This document shows, piece by piece, positions 49,686 through 57,657 of a stretch of 64,000 bases of DNA (its first letter is position 1; every line of letters begins with the position of its first letter). Origin of the DNA: an uncultured virus (IMG/VR IMGVR_UViG_3300042350_002513) (Duplodnaviria > Heunggongvirae > Uroviricota > Caudoviricetes); the IMG/VR virus record IMGVR_UViG_3300042350_002513; one strand, written 5' to 3'. Made by a program: the position numbers and the translations under genes. The notes under the pieces are model-generated. The model was not told where the DNA came from, did not search any database, and saw only the letters and a list, made by a program, of their open reading frames with translations.

Positions 49686-50796
49686 TTAACACCTCATCTT
49701 CTGAAATTCCCAAGATGCGACATTTGATTTCATCCATTGTAGAAAGCCTGTCGATCTCATTTTTAACCATTGCTTTTCTTCTTTCAGCAAGTTTCAATAG
49801 TTGAGCGCGGGACTCTTCTTCTTTCCACATCTGAACAAGATTAAGAATACTGGCATTTTCTTTTATTTGCTTGCTAAGGCGATCACTGCGCTTTACTTTG
49901 AGGTCATTGAGAAGCTTTTGTTGGCGAATAGTAGATTGATTATACTCATCTCTTGCTCCGCTAATTGCTTCAATGAGACCCATTGGAATTTTGCCGCCGC
50001 CGTCTACCTCTACATCAATCTGATCTTGTAAAGTTTGAATTGTCTCTTGAATATTAGCCGAGATTACTACTTCAGTAGCCAACACAATGTATTGGTCTAC
50101 TTCTTCTTGAGTGAGATCTGGTTTGTCAAACGTATAACGTACAAATGAGCTTTCAAATAATTCACGATCAATGTTAGAAGTATAACTATTTATCTGATGC
50201 AAGAAACGATAAGTGTGCATGTAGCCAATGATAGCATTAATAGCAGCTTTCTGGCGTGAAGTTACTTTGTCTTTATCAATACCTTCGTGAACATATTTAT
50301 TTATGCGAAACAACATCCGCTCAAATGTCTTTGGCGGCATATATTCAGAGTTAGCAAGAGTCTCTACTTCTCTTTGAGATACTGGACCTGCTTGAATTAC
50401 TTTCTGATCAAGAGTTTTAATGAAATCAATAACTGTACGAGTCTCTTGACTGAGACTAGTAAGATTTTGGTTATTAAAAATACTCTTAGTGATCTCAAGT
50501 GCGCCCATTGAACCGGCATTATTAGCAATAAATTCTCTCTGGTCTGGAGATAGTTCAATTTTATCTTTCGCTAAGTATTCGTAGGATGCTCTTGCTTTAA
50601 TTTGTCTTGTTGACAAGAACTCTTTGACCTTTTTACCGTGCCAACTTCTACCGTCTGCGCCATCAACGTTAGGAAAAGCAAGCCTGACAAGTTCAAGCAA
50701 AGAAGGAGGATTAGTAGGACGATTGTTCCACTCATTTAAAATTGCCAATCTTTGTTGATCATTAAGTTCTTGAGGCTGGTTTCCATTTTCAGACAT
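49678..50796 (-). CDS. Hypothetical helical protein (terminase small subunit candidate)
   Basis: 372 aa with a C-terminal coiled coil, upstream of TerL; function positional only. Confidence 0.5.
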   Translation of the reverse strand: MSENGNQPQELNDQQRLAILNEWNNRPTNPPSLLELVRLAFPNVDGADGRSWHGKKVKEFLSTRQIKARASYEYLAKDKIELSPDQREFIANNAGSMGALEITKSIFNNQNLTSLSQETRTVIDFIKTLDQKVIQAGPVSQREVETLANSEYMPPKTFERMLFRINKYVHEGIDKDKVTSRQKAAINAIIGYMHTYRFLHQINSYTSNIDRELFESSFVRYTFDKPDLTQEEVDQYIVLATEVVISANIQETIQTLQDQIDVEVDGGGKIPMGLIEAISGARDEYNQSTIRQQKLLNDLKVKRSDRLSKQIKENASILNLVQMWKEEESRAQLLKLAERRKAMVKNEIDRLSTMDEIKCRILGISEDEVLNG

Positions 50797-51481
50797 AAAT
50801 TTCTACTTCTCCATTTACAATGCACTTCTTAGCTTTGACAATAATAGAACGCTTAAGGTTCTTTATCTGCTTGTAACCGGGGGAACGATTTTTTTCAGTA
50901 GTCTTAAATCCTAATACTTTAGCTACTTCTTCTTCTTTTTGATTTCTTAGACAAAGCATTTCATACACAACCCACTCTGCTGGCTTTAATACTTTCTTTA
51001 GTGCTGACGATAAGCTTTGTGTGCTTCTCAAGAGATCAAAGCCTTCGTTTGTCATGTCATGAACTTCTTTAATGTGATTTTCAAGAGGAAGAGTTACTTT
51101 TGTATTGAAAGCGTCTTTTTTATTATTCTCCCAATGAGCATACAAGGGGCACTTCTTGCATTGCTCACCATATATTGAACAAGAATCATCCCATTCTGCC
51201 GCCGCACACTTCAAACAAGGTCTAGCATAATTGCCATAGTTGTTTCTTATGATGTTTTTTATTTGATTAGAAATGATAATGTTTAACCAAGGGGCAAGAG
51301 GTTTCTTTGGATCATATAAAGTCCACTTTTTGTAAATATGAATCCTTAATATCTGCTCAACGTCCTCGAAATCAATCCAAGACAATGCAGCAAGGTTCCA
51401 CTTGTTCTTGCGTTTGCGAATTTCTTCGTCTATTATAGCAATGTTCTTTTCAAATGATTCTTTTTGGACTTTATGAGCCAT
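50789..51481 (-). CDS. Phage sigma70-like factor with Cys-rich insert
   Basis: DFEDVEQ.L......W..YDP......W......NQIKN..R (region 2) and a C-terminal EEVAKVLG HTH (region 4). Confidence 0.7.
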   Translation of the reverse strand: MAHKVQKESFEKNIAIIDEEIRKRKNKWNLAALSWIDFEDVEQILRIHIYKKWTLYDPKKPLAPWLNIIISNQIKNIIRNNYGNYARPCLKCAAAEWDDSCSIYGEQCKKCPLYAHWENNKKDAFNTKVTLPLENHIKEVHDMTNEGFDLLRSTQSLSSALKKVLKPAEWVVYEMLCLRNQKEEEVAKVLGFKTTEKNRSPGYKQIKNLKRSIIVKAKKCIVNGEVEIYV

Positions 51482-51482
51482 T

Positions 51483-51884
51483 TTATTTTTGTCTTAATGT
51501 ACCGGCTTCTTGCTTAATCATTTTTAATATCTCTTTTTCAGAGAAGCCTTGTGGTTTTCTATCTATTGAACGGGAAAGATTATCAGGAAGTGAAGCGGCG
51601 ATTTTAGAAAGAGATTCTTTTCTTGGTGAATCAAATTCAATATCGACATCTAGTCCGCCCCTTAATTCAGGAATGGGAGTTGACTCTTGGTCGTCTTCAC
51701 CTTCATCATCATCTTCTTCATCATACTCTTCTTGAGCGCGAACTTTGTTTTCTCTTGCCTTTTTATCTTGTGGCTTTTCTACGATAACACCATAGAATGC
51801 TGTACCACAGGCAGAGCAGAACTTTGGTTTCGCTTGCGTGTATAAATTAGGATTTCCACATTGAGAGCAGTAAATTTTTTGCAT
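51483..51884 (-). CDS. Zinc-ribbon protein
   Basis: CSQCG...PKFCSACG followed by an acidic tail. Confidence 0.75.
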   Translation of the reverse strand: MQKIYCSQCGNPNLYTQAKPKFCSACGTAFYGVIVEKPQDKKARENKVRAQEEYDEEDDDEGEDDQESTPIPELRGGLDVDIEFDSPRKESLSKIAASLPDNLSRSIDRKPQGFSEKEILKMIKQEAGTLRQK

Positions 51885-51941
51885 AATTCATTAATTTATT
51901 ATAGGTTAATAACAGTAAAAAGTAAGTGTAATTGTAATAGA

Positions 51942-52217
51942 ATGAAGTATTCGTTTAAAAATTACGAAAAAGTTGAGTATTTCATCAATTGGGTTAAACC
52001 TCCTAAAGGGTGCTATGGCATATGCGACTCTCCAGAGATGGAAAACCCAAAGATTAAAATTGACCCAACTCTAACCAAACAAAAGACAGTCAACATTCTA
52101 ATACATGAAGTATTACACGCATTCTTCTGGCAAGAATCTGAATCAAAAGTAACTAAATGCGCTAATACTTTATCAAGACTCATCCACCAAAGGATGAAAC
52201 AAAAGTTTAATGAATAA
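51942..52217 (+). CDS. Small HExxH metallopeptidase-like protein
   Basis: YG.C...I.ID..L......LIHEVLHA...E motif; ATG 51942 lies after a GTGTAA motif. Confidence 0.7.
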   Translation: MKYSFKNYEKVEYFINWVKPPKGCYGICDSPEMENPKIKIDPTLTKQKTVNILIHEVLHAFFWQESESKVTKCANTLSRLIHQRMKQKFNE

Positions 52218-52929
52218 TTGATTTGTATTTAGTGATCTTATCAACGATAAAGCGAGTAATACCACTTCTCATAATATCTTCTTGCCCAAGTTTAAAGTAT
52301 TGAATGCCATTGTCTCGACTATCTTGGTCTTGGAAGATATCGCAGAACTCTTTGAACCCAGACTTCTTGCCTAAGTCATTTTGCATAATAGTATCACCAC
52401 AAATAAATAGCTTACTAAATTTACCCATTCGGGTTGCCGCCGTTACAAGAGAATCAAACATCATGTTCTGACCCTCATCCAAAATAACGGAATTAACATT
52501 GAAAGTATAACCGCGAAGCAGAGAAACAGGATAAGTTTTGATCCTTTCTTGCTTATTTAGTAATTCGATGCTGGATTTATTTAGTAATTCTTCTAGCTTA
52601 TCAAATAGAGGTACGTTATAGAAGAAAGTCTTTTCGTCTAAGTCGCCAGTTAAGAAGCCAGTTTGACCATCTGTGCTTTGAATTAGGGATCGGATATATA
52701 CAATATCAGAAATCTTTTTGGCCTTTAGTAATTCTAGCGAGCAATAAACACTCAGTAGAGTCTTGGCTGTTCCGGGAAGCCCATCTAGAATGATTATATT
52801 AGTAGACTTGTCTAAGGCCGCTTGTATAATTTGTTCTTGTTTCGGGGTCCATTTTAATTTACGAATTTCAAAGTCATCTTTTACTTTGTCTTTTTGGGAC
52901 ACATGTGGGGAGTTATCTTTTTTTGACAT
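52207..52929 (-). CDS. phoH: PhoH-like ATPase
   Basis: GLPGTAKT, GFL.G.L.EK, LRG.TF, ILDEGQN, TRMG..SK...GD..Q.D. Confidence 0.9.
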   Translation of the reverse strand: MSKKDNSPHVSQKDKVKDDFEIRKLKWTPKQEQIIQAALDKSTNIIILDGLPGTAKTLLSVYCSLELLKAKKISDIVYIRSLIQSTDGQTGFLTGDLDEKTFFYNVPLFDKLEELLNKSSIELLNKQERIKTYPVSLLRGYTFNVNSVILDEGQNMMFDSLVTAATRMGKFSKLFICGDTIMQNDLGKKSGFKEFCDIFQDQDSRDNGIQYFKLGQEDIMRSGITRFIVDKITKYKSIIH

Positions 52930-52970
52930 TTTAATTAGCCTTACTATTTTAATTACATGTATTATATATA

Positions 52971-53312
52971 ATGAGGAACAAATTTCAAGTTACAGTTGTG
53001 AACCCTAAGACTTGTAGGAAGAAGATTTGTTGTGAGGGGTGCGAACTGTCATATAGCAAAGAAGATTATTTATTATTCTTCACTGTTCGTAAACTTGTTT
53101 ATTTTAATATGATTGCTGAAGATGGGAAGCAAATGAAGATTTGTGACTCTTGTTTAGTGTCTCTCGCTTCGATGACTTGCGCGAAATATGATTTACCATA
53201 TATTACTATTATAATTAAAGGTGAGGAAAATACAAAACAAATAAATATCGAGTATACTGAAGACAAGTTATTCGAAGAGGAGTTAATGAAAGTATTTAAG
53301 AAGATTAAGTAG
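52971..53312 (+). CDS. Cys-containing hypothetical protein
   Basis: 113 aa with two CxxC pairs. Confidence 0.6.
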   Translation: MRNKFQVTVVNPKTCRKKICCEGCELSYSKEDYLLFFTVRKLVYFNMIAEDGKQMKICDSCLVSLASMTCAKYDLPYITIIIKGEENTKQINIEYTEDKLFEEELMKVFKKIK

Positions 53313-53798
53313 TCTATTGTATTTTTCGCCGTTTCTCTCTTCTCGCGGTGAGTTGATTATTATATATTCCAGCATGTTAATCGCGGAATGGAAATTGTTT
53401 CTATTTTTTAGGGAGTTGCCTTCATAAGAAACAATCTTAACATTCCCCGGCACATAGCCCTTATTTGGATCTATCCTATCTAACGATGCTGATCTTTTAT
53501 TATCTATTCCTGATTTGTATAGGATTTCGTGGCCTAAAATGGGGCAGGTATTATTTTTAATGTTTATTAAATCCCCCAGCGTAAGGTTGAATTCCAGATT
53601 TTTCTTTTTTGAACGCTTTTTTGCTTTGCTTAAGATGACTTTTTTGAGATAAACTATCTCGCCTCCATCAACGTTTCCCATCTTTTCTTTAATTTTATTG
53701 TATTCTTGGGAGTAGCAACAGGTGTTACATTTGCCTTTTACTCTGTTGAAATCTGTATCTTCTTTGTTAGCCCCGCAGACAGAACATTTGATTAACAT
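53283..53798 (-). CDS. HNH-like endonuclease
   Basis: CxxC/CxxC, FNLT..D, CPILG, SLDRIDPNKGYVPGNV..VS...N..K. Confidence 0.8.
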   Translation of the reverse strand: MLIKCSVCGANKEDTDFNRVKGKCNTCCYSQEYNKIKEKMGNVDGGEIVYLKKVILSKAKKRSKKKNLEFNLTLGDLINIKNNTCPILGHEILYKSGIDNKRSASLDRIDPNKGYVPGNVKIVSYEGNSLKNRNNFHSAINMLEYIIINSPREERNGEKYNRLLNLLKYFH

Positions 53799-53914
53799 TA
53801 GATATATCTACACAAGCTATATCTAAAAAAGGTATTTTTCAGGGGAGGCTCCGGGGATTTTTTGACCCTGCAAAGTTTCTGGGTTCTCTTTTTTGTTTTA
53901 TTTTTTAAGAAATA

Positions 53915-54062
53915 GGGGGGTCTTATATATGGAGATATATATTATTACATAGAGATAGTAAGTATTTATTAAATTAGGGGCAGAATGAATAGACTTCTTT
54001 AATAGGTATATTAAAAAACAAATGGTTTAATAAATTAGGGCAGAATGATTTTTAGACCCCCC
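53915..54062. repeat. Junction with inverted GGGGGGTCT/AGACCCCCC and direct AAATTAGGG(G)CAGAATGA repeats
   Basis: Inverted repeat at 53915-53923 and 54054-54062; direct repeat at 53971-53988 and 54032-54048. Confidence 0.7.
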
Positions 54063-54135
54063 CGCCCCTGTATTTGAGAAACGTCGGGCATTATTTCGAA
54101 AAATGGGGGGGAGTGTCAAGACAGAATCAGGGCAC

Positions 54136-54161
54136 AAAAAACCCCGCCGTGTGGGCGGGGT
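54136..54161 (-). terminator. Intrinsic terminator
   Basis: AAAAAACCCCGCC-loop-GGCGGGGT. Confidence 0.8.
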
Positions 54162-54169
54162 CGCGTTGG

Positions 54170-54604
54170 CTATTCTACGTTCGCCACGCTGTCAAGCCTG
54201 AAAAGCAGGAACTCGGGATCGTCCTTGTCGGGAGTGTATTCCCGGATCGTGGCGATTTCTTCGGGAGTGGCTTCCCGTCCGTCCACAAGGAATCGGATCG
54301 TCCTTTGGGCGTTGCTTGGCAAGCCCACAAGGTAAAGGTTCCCGTCCGTCTTATGGCGAGCCACGCCGTCCTTGACCCATTCCCACCAAGTCGGCTTTCC
54401 GACAGGCTCCCGTCCGTCCTTTTCCAAGCGGCGACCGTAGGAACCAAGCCCCGCCACGTTGACGACGACCCTGTGATCCCTTGTGACCCTTCCCGTCAAG
54501 GGATTGAGGGGAACGCCAGACCTGCCGCCCTTGTTCATTTTATGCTCGCCCTGAATCAGGATCGTGGCGACTTGACCGGCCCGGATGTTTTCGATGTTGA
54601 TCAT
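54170..54604 (-). CDS. Hypothetical protein, GC-rich paralogue of 55032-55460
   Basis: Start MINIENIRAGQ chosen by alignment with the paralogue. Confidence 0.85.
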   Translation of the reverse strand: MINIENIRAGQVATILIQGEHKMNKGGRSGVPLNPLTGRVTRDHRVVVNVAGLGSYGRRLEKDGREPVGKPTWWEWVKDGVARHKTDGNLYLVGLPSNAQRTIRFLVDGREATPEEIATIREYTPDKDDPEFLLFRLDSVANVE

Positions 54605-54656
54605 GCTGTGTTGCGTTTTTAGTTGGTGATCACAAGCGTCTCGCTTGCTTGACCTG

Positions 54657-54684
54657 AAGTTACTAAAGGCAAAGGACATTGCAA
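54657..54684 (-). promoter_or_regulatory. sigma70-type promoter
   Basis: TTGCAA-N16-TAACTT. Confidence 0.65.
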
Positions 54685-54723
54685 CGGAAAAGTGCGATTG
54701 TCACACAAAAGTAACAAATGCGT

Positions 54724-54909
54724 TTGGCACGGTCCATGCTCCCCAGCACGTTTCATGCCAAGTCTAAGTTGGCACACTTTTTGCTCCCCAGCAAGTCCTA
54801 TGCCAAGTCCGTCCAAACGATAGTTTTCCAATCTGGGGTCCCCAATTCCGAAAACTATCAAATCCCCATAGTTGGCATGGTTTCTGCTCCCCAGCAAGGG
54901 TCGTGCCAA
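54724..54909. promoter_or_regulatory. Three 38-bp palindromes, each two head-to-head sigma54-type boxes
   Basis: TTGGCA-N7-TGCT-CCCC-AGCA-N7-TGCCAA at 54724-54761, 54769-54806 and 54872-54909. Confidence 0.8.
54819..54859. repeat. 41-bp boundary element, copy 1
   Basis: GATAGTTTT CCAATCT GGGGTCCCC AATTCCG AAAACTATC. Confidence 0.95.
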
Positions 54910-55031
54910 GTGCCCGTTAACGTAGAAAATTAAAGTAGATTTAGTTCTTGTATATATATAAGTATATAGTAAATTGGCATAGTCAGTTTGGTTCTTATAT
55001 AAATACAACGTCACTATATAAATACAACATC

Positions 55032-55460
55032 ATGATCAATATAAATACAATACGCGCTGGTCAGATCGCTACTATACTACTAGAAGGCGAGTATAAATTA
55101 AACACTGGTGGCCGTAGTGGTATACCACTAAATATATACAAAGGCCGTGTCACTAGAAAGTTCCGTTTTACTATATCGTTGGCGGGTGAAGAAACCTATT
55201 ATAATATCAATCCCGATGCTATTGGTAAACCCACTTGGTTTGAGTTTATCAAAGACGGCGTAGTGAGAAACAAGAAAACCGGCCAATTGTATTTGGCTGG
55301 CATTCCTCATAACAACAAGAACAACAAGTTTGATTTATATATAGACGGTCGTCCTATTACTAAAGAAGAATACGACTATATTCAACAATATCGCCAAGAT
55401 AAAGAAGAATGCAAGTTCCTCACTATGTCTGTTGATAGTGTAGTAAATGTCGAAGACTGA
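55032..55460 (+). CDS. Hypothetical protein, AT-rich paralogue of 54170-54604
   Basis: MININTIRAGQIATILLEGE...GGRSG.PLN...GKPTW.E..KDGV.R.K..G.LYL.G.P. Confidence 0.85.
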   Translation: MININTIRAGQIATILLEGEYKLNTGGRSGIPLNIYKGRVTRKFRFTISLAGEETYYNINPDAIGKPTWFEFIKDGVVRNKKTGQLYLAGIPHNNKNNKFDLYIDGRPITKEEYDYIQQYRQDKEECKFLTMSVDSVVNVED

Positions 55461-55514
55461 TATATAAACAGTGGGGCGCGAATACTATAAACGCGCATTT
55501 AATACTAAAACACT

Positions 55515-55712
55515 ATGAATGCTAATAAAATAGGTGTTATGGAAATGATTGATATACGAATTGCTATTCAAGCAGAGATAGACAAATGTAATACGCTTAT
55601 AGCAGAGTGTGACAAAGGTAATTACAATAAGGACATCTTTGTTGATAAAAGAGATAGCCTTACTAGAGGTCTAGCTAAATTGAATAAGCAATACTATGAT
55701 TTCATGCTATGA
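55515..55712 (+). CDS. Hypothetical protein
   Basis: 65 aa, followed by a terminator; loosely similar to 61207-61395 (E..(D/E).R.A). Confidence 0.7.
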   Translation: MNANKIGVMEMIDIRIAIQAEIDKCNTLIAECDKGNYNKDIFVDKRDSLTRGLAKLNKQYYDFML

Positions 55713-55768
55713 TAATACTACTTCTTGTTGTCGTGTTAATAGGCATGACTAGATAAGCCCTTAATGAC

Positions 55769-55799
55769 AAACCCTCTGTAGTAATACAGGGGGTTTCTT
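55769..55799 (+). terminator. Intrinsic terminator
   Basis: AACCCTCTGTA-loop-TACAGGGGGTTTCTT. Confidence 0.75.
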
Positions 55800-55826
55800 G
55801 TTTATAAATAGTTGTTTATAAATAGC

Positions 55827-55867
55827 GATAGTTTTTGATTTTGGACACCCCGAATCCAGAAACTATC
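55827..55867. repeat. 41-bp boundary element, copy 2
   Basis: GATAGTTTT TGATTTT GGACACCCC GAATCCA GAAACTATC. Confidence 0.95.
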
Positions 55868-55988
55868 AAATCAGTGATAAATCACTAGTACTACTATTAT
55901 TTGGCATTTATTTGTTTAATATTTATTTAATATTTGCACAAAAAAACCCCACTGTTTATCACAGCGGGGTATTGTATTTGTTTAGTGT

Positions 55989-56405
55989 TTATTCATAATG
56001 TGGGCGAGGCTCCGCGCTATTGTCGGATTCGCCGCGCACCTGTTCGATGGTCACCCACAGTTCGCCGCCATCGTTCCATCCTGTGGGGATGTAGCCCTCA
56101 TCGTGGTACGCCGTGTCACATTCCTCGCCCGGAAGCGCGGCCATCGCACGATACCGCGCAGGGGCTTCCTCGCGGTTCTCGCGCTCCACTTCCGCCTTGG
56201 CCTTTTCAAGCCAAGCCTCGGCCCCCTCCGTGGTGGGGAAGTAAATTGACCCCTCCAGCGTATTCCTATCGTACCACCAGCCACCTTCCTCGGGTCCACC
56301 GTAGTTCTGGCTTCGGCGATACACACTGACCCACGCGCCTTGCGGCACGTTGAAGTCAGGATGGGATTCGATTTTTTCGATCAGCGACTGCATTGTTGTT
56401 TTCAT
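55989..56405 (-). CDS. Hypothetical phage protein (YGGPEEGGWWY family)
   Basis: VSVY.....YGGPEEGGWWY...P.RPHYE; promoter TTGTTT-N16-TATGGT 7 nt before the ATG; terminator at 55940-55970. Confidence 0.85.
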   Translation of the reverse strand: MKTTMQSLIEKIESHPDFNVPQGAWVSVYRRSQNYGGPEEGGWWYDRNTLEGSIYFPTTEGAEAWLEKAKAEVERENREEAPARYRAMAALPGEECDTAYHDEGYIPTGWNDGGELWVTIEQVRGESDNSAEPRPHYE

Positions 56406-56453
56406 CGTCCACACCATAACACCCGCACAAGGGAAAACAAGGGCGAAAGTGAT

Positions 56454-56496
56454 TTGTCACAGGAATTTAACAATCGCACTTGGCATGGTCCTTGCT
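56454..56496 (+). promoter_or_regulatory. Dyad plus sigma54-type box composite
   Basis: TTGTCAC-N6-TTAACAA-N6-TTGGCATGGTCCTTGCT. Confidence 0.7.
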
Positions 56497-56500
56497 TCAC

Positions 56501-56541
56501 CATAGTTTTCCGATTTTGGCACCCCAAAAGCAAAAACTATA
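56501..56541. repeat. 41-bp boundary element, copy 3
   Basis: CATAGTTTT CCGATTT TGGCACCCC AAAAGCA AAAACTATA. Confidence 0.95.
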
Positions 56542-56598
56542 AAAACTCCGCTATAGTAGTATAACGGAGTTATGTTATTTGTTATCTATTTAACAAAG

Positions 56599-57015
56599 TT
56601 AGTCCCATTTTAATGTCCATTCTTTACCAATAAAGGGACGCATTTCACGCAATTCAAAAGAACTAATACAAGAACTTCCGCACCTAGTCAATTCAGGATT
56701 ATCATTAGTCTTCCAATAAACAGTAGATCCATGTATAGAATTAACTATACAAGTACGGGGGCGATAGAAACCAAAATGCAAAAACTTATCTCCCACTTTA
56801 ATACTATCAGAAAGATCTTTCAATCCAAGTGAGTGACAGACAGAAGCTAATCTGCAATTGATCTTATCAAGCTCCAAAGCAATATCACTAGCAGAATGGA
56901 AATTAGCATTTGTTATGTTATTAGCGCAATCGTTGATTTGTTGAATGACAGACTTCACCTCATGCGCGAGCGCGAGGGTGGCGGCGGTAGTGGCGGGGCA
57001 GGAGGAGGAACTCAT
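56599..57015 (-). CDS. Hypothetical protein
   Basis: ATG 57015 lies 9 nt after TTGCAA-N16-TACCCT; terminator at 56541-56571. Confidence 0.75.
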   Translation of the reverse strand: MSSSSCPATTAATLALAHEVKSVIQQINDCANNITNANFHSASDIALELDKINCRLASVCHSLGLKDLSDSIKVGDKFLHFGFYRPRTCIVNSIHGSTVYWKTNDNPELTRCGSSCISSFELREMRPFIGKEWTLKWD

Positions 57016-57060
57016 GGTGCCCAAAGGGTAGCTGTCGGGAATGAGATTGCAAATCAATTT

Positions 57061-57101
57061 GATAGTTTTTCTTTTTGACCTGCCCAAAAGCGAAAACTAT
57101 G
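57061..57101. repeat. 41-bp boundary element, copy 4
   Basis: GATAGTTTT TCTTTTT GACCTGCCC AAAAGCG AAAACTATG. Confidence 0.9.
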
Positions 57102-57150
57102 AAAAAACCCCGCTGTACTAATACAACGGGGCTGTTTATTTATCACTATT

Positions 57151-57354
57151 TCACCAATCAGAATCTTGCCCAGTGGGGTCTTCGTCCCACCCGCGCTGCC
57201 ACTCAGAATGGCAGGGTTGGCAAACCGCGCTCCGTGCCTTCGGGGGCATCAAAACGCTGCAACGGGCGCAATGGAAACGCTCTGCGCCGTTTTCGTCGAT
57301 GACGGGGCAACCGCCAGCTTCGTGCCCACAACAAGGGAAGTCTTCGCAAGCCAT
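57151..57354 (-). CDS. Small Cys-rich (zinc-binding) protein
   Basis: CEDFPCCGH...C, CARC and CQPC; terminator at 57102-57133. Confidence 0.8.
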   Translation of the reverse strand: MACEDFPCCGHEAGGCPVIDENGAERFHCARCSVLMPPKARSAVCQPCHSEWQRGWDEDPTGQDSDW

Positions 57355-57438
57355 AATTTTGTATTGATTTTTTAATTGATTCTAACCGTCGCGCAGATTG
57401 TCGCTGACTTTTCATCTCAAATCAACGGCAAAAATCAT

Positions 57439-57481
57439 TTGTCACCAGAATTTAACAATTGGCTTTGGCATGAGATTTGCT
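57439..57481 (+). promoter_or_regulatory. Dyad plus sigma54-type box composite
   Basis: TTGTCAC-N6-TTAACAA-N6-TTGGCATGAGATTTGCT. Confidence 0.7.
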
Positions 57482-57485
57482 TCGG

Positions 57486-57526
57486 GATAGTTTCTGAAAT
57501 CGGGCACCCCAGATCCAAAAACTATG
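57486..57526. repeat. 41-bp boundary element, copy 5
   Basis: GATAGTTTC TGAAATC GGGCACCCC AGATCCA AAAACTATG. Confidence 0.95.
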
Positions 57527-57657
57527 AAATAGTGATAAATCAGTGATAAATCACTATTCTTTATTTATATTTGGTTATTATTTGCAGAACATTTGATTAA
57601 TATTTGACACAAAAAAACCCGCCGTATTACTACAGCGGGTCTCGTATTGTTATTGAA

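Noticed and set aside
3946..50511. Short plus-strand and nested ORFs in the track (e.g. 3946, 5706, 6600, 7210, 22092, 36145, 40942, 47297)
   Set aside because: Antisense or off-frame shadows of long, well-supported genes with no recognisable motifs
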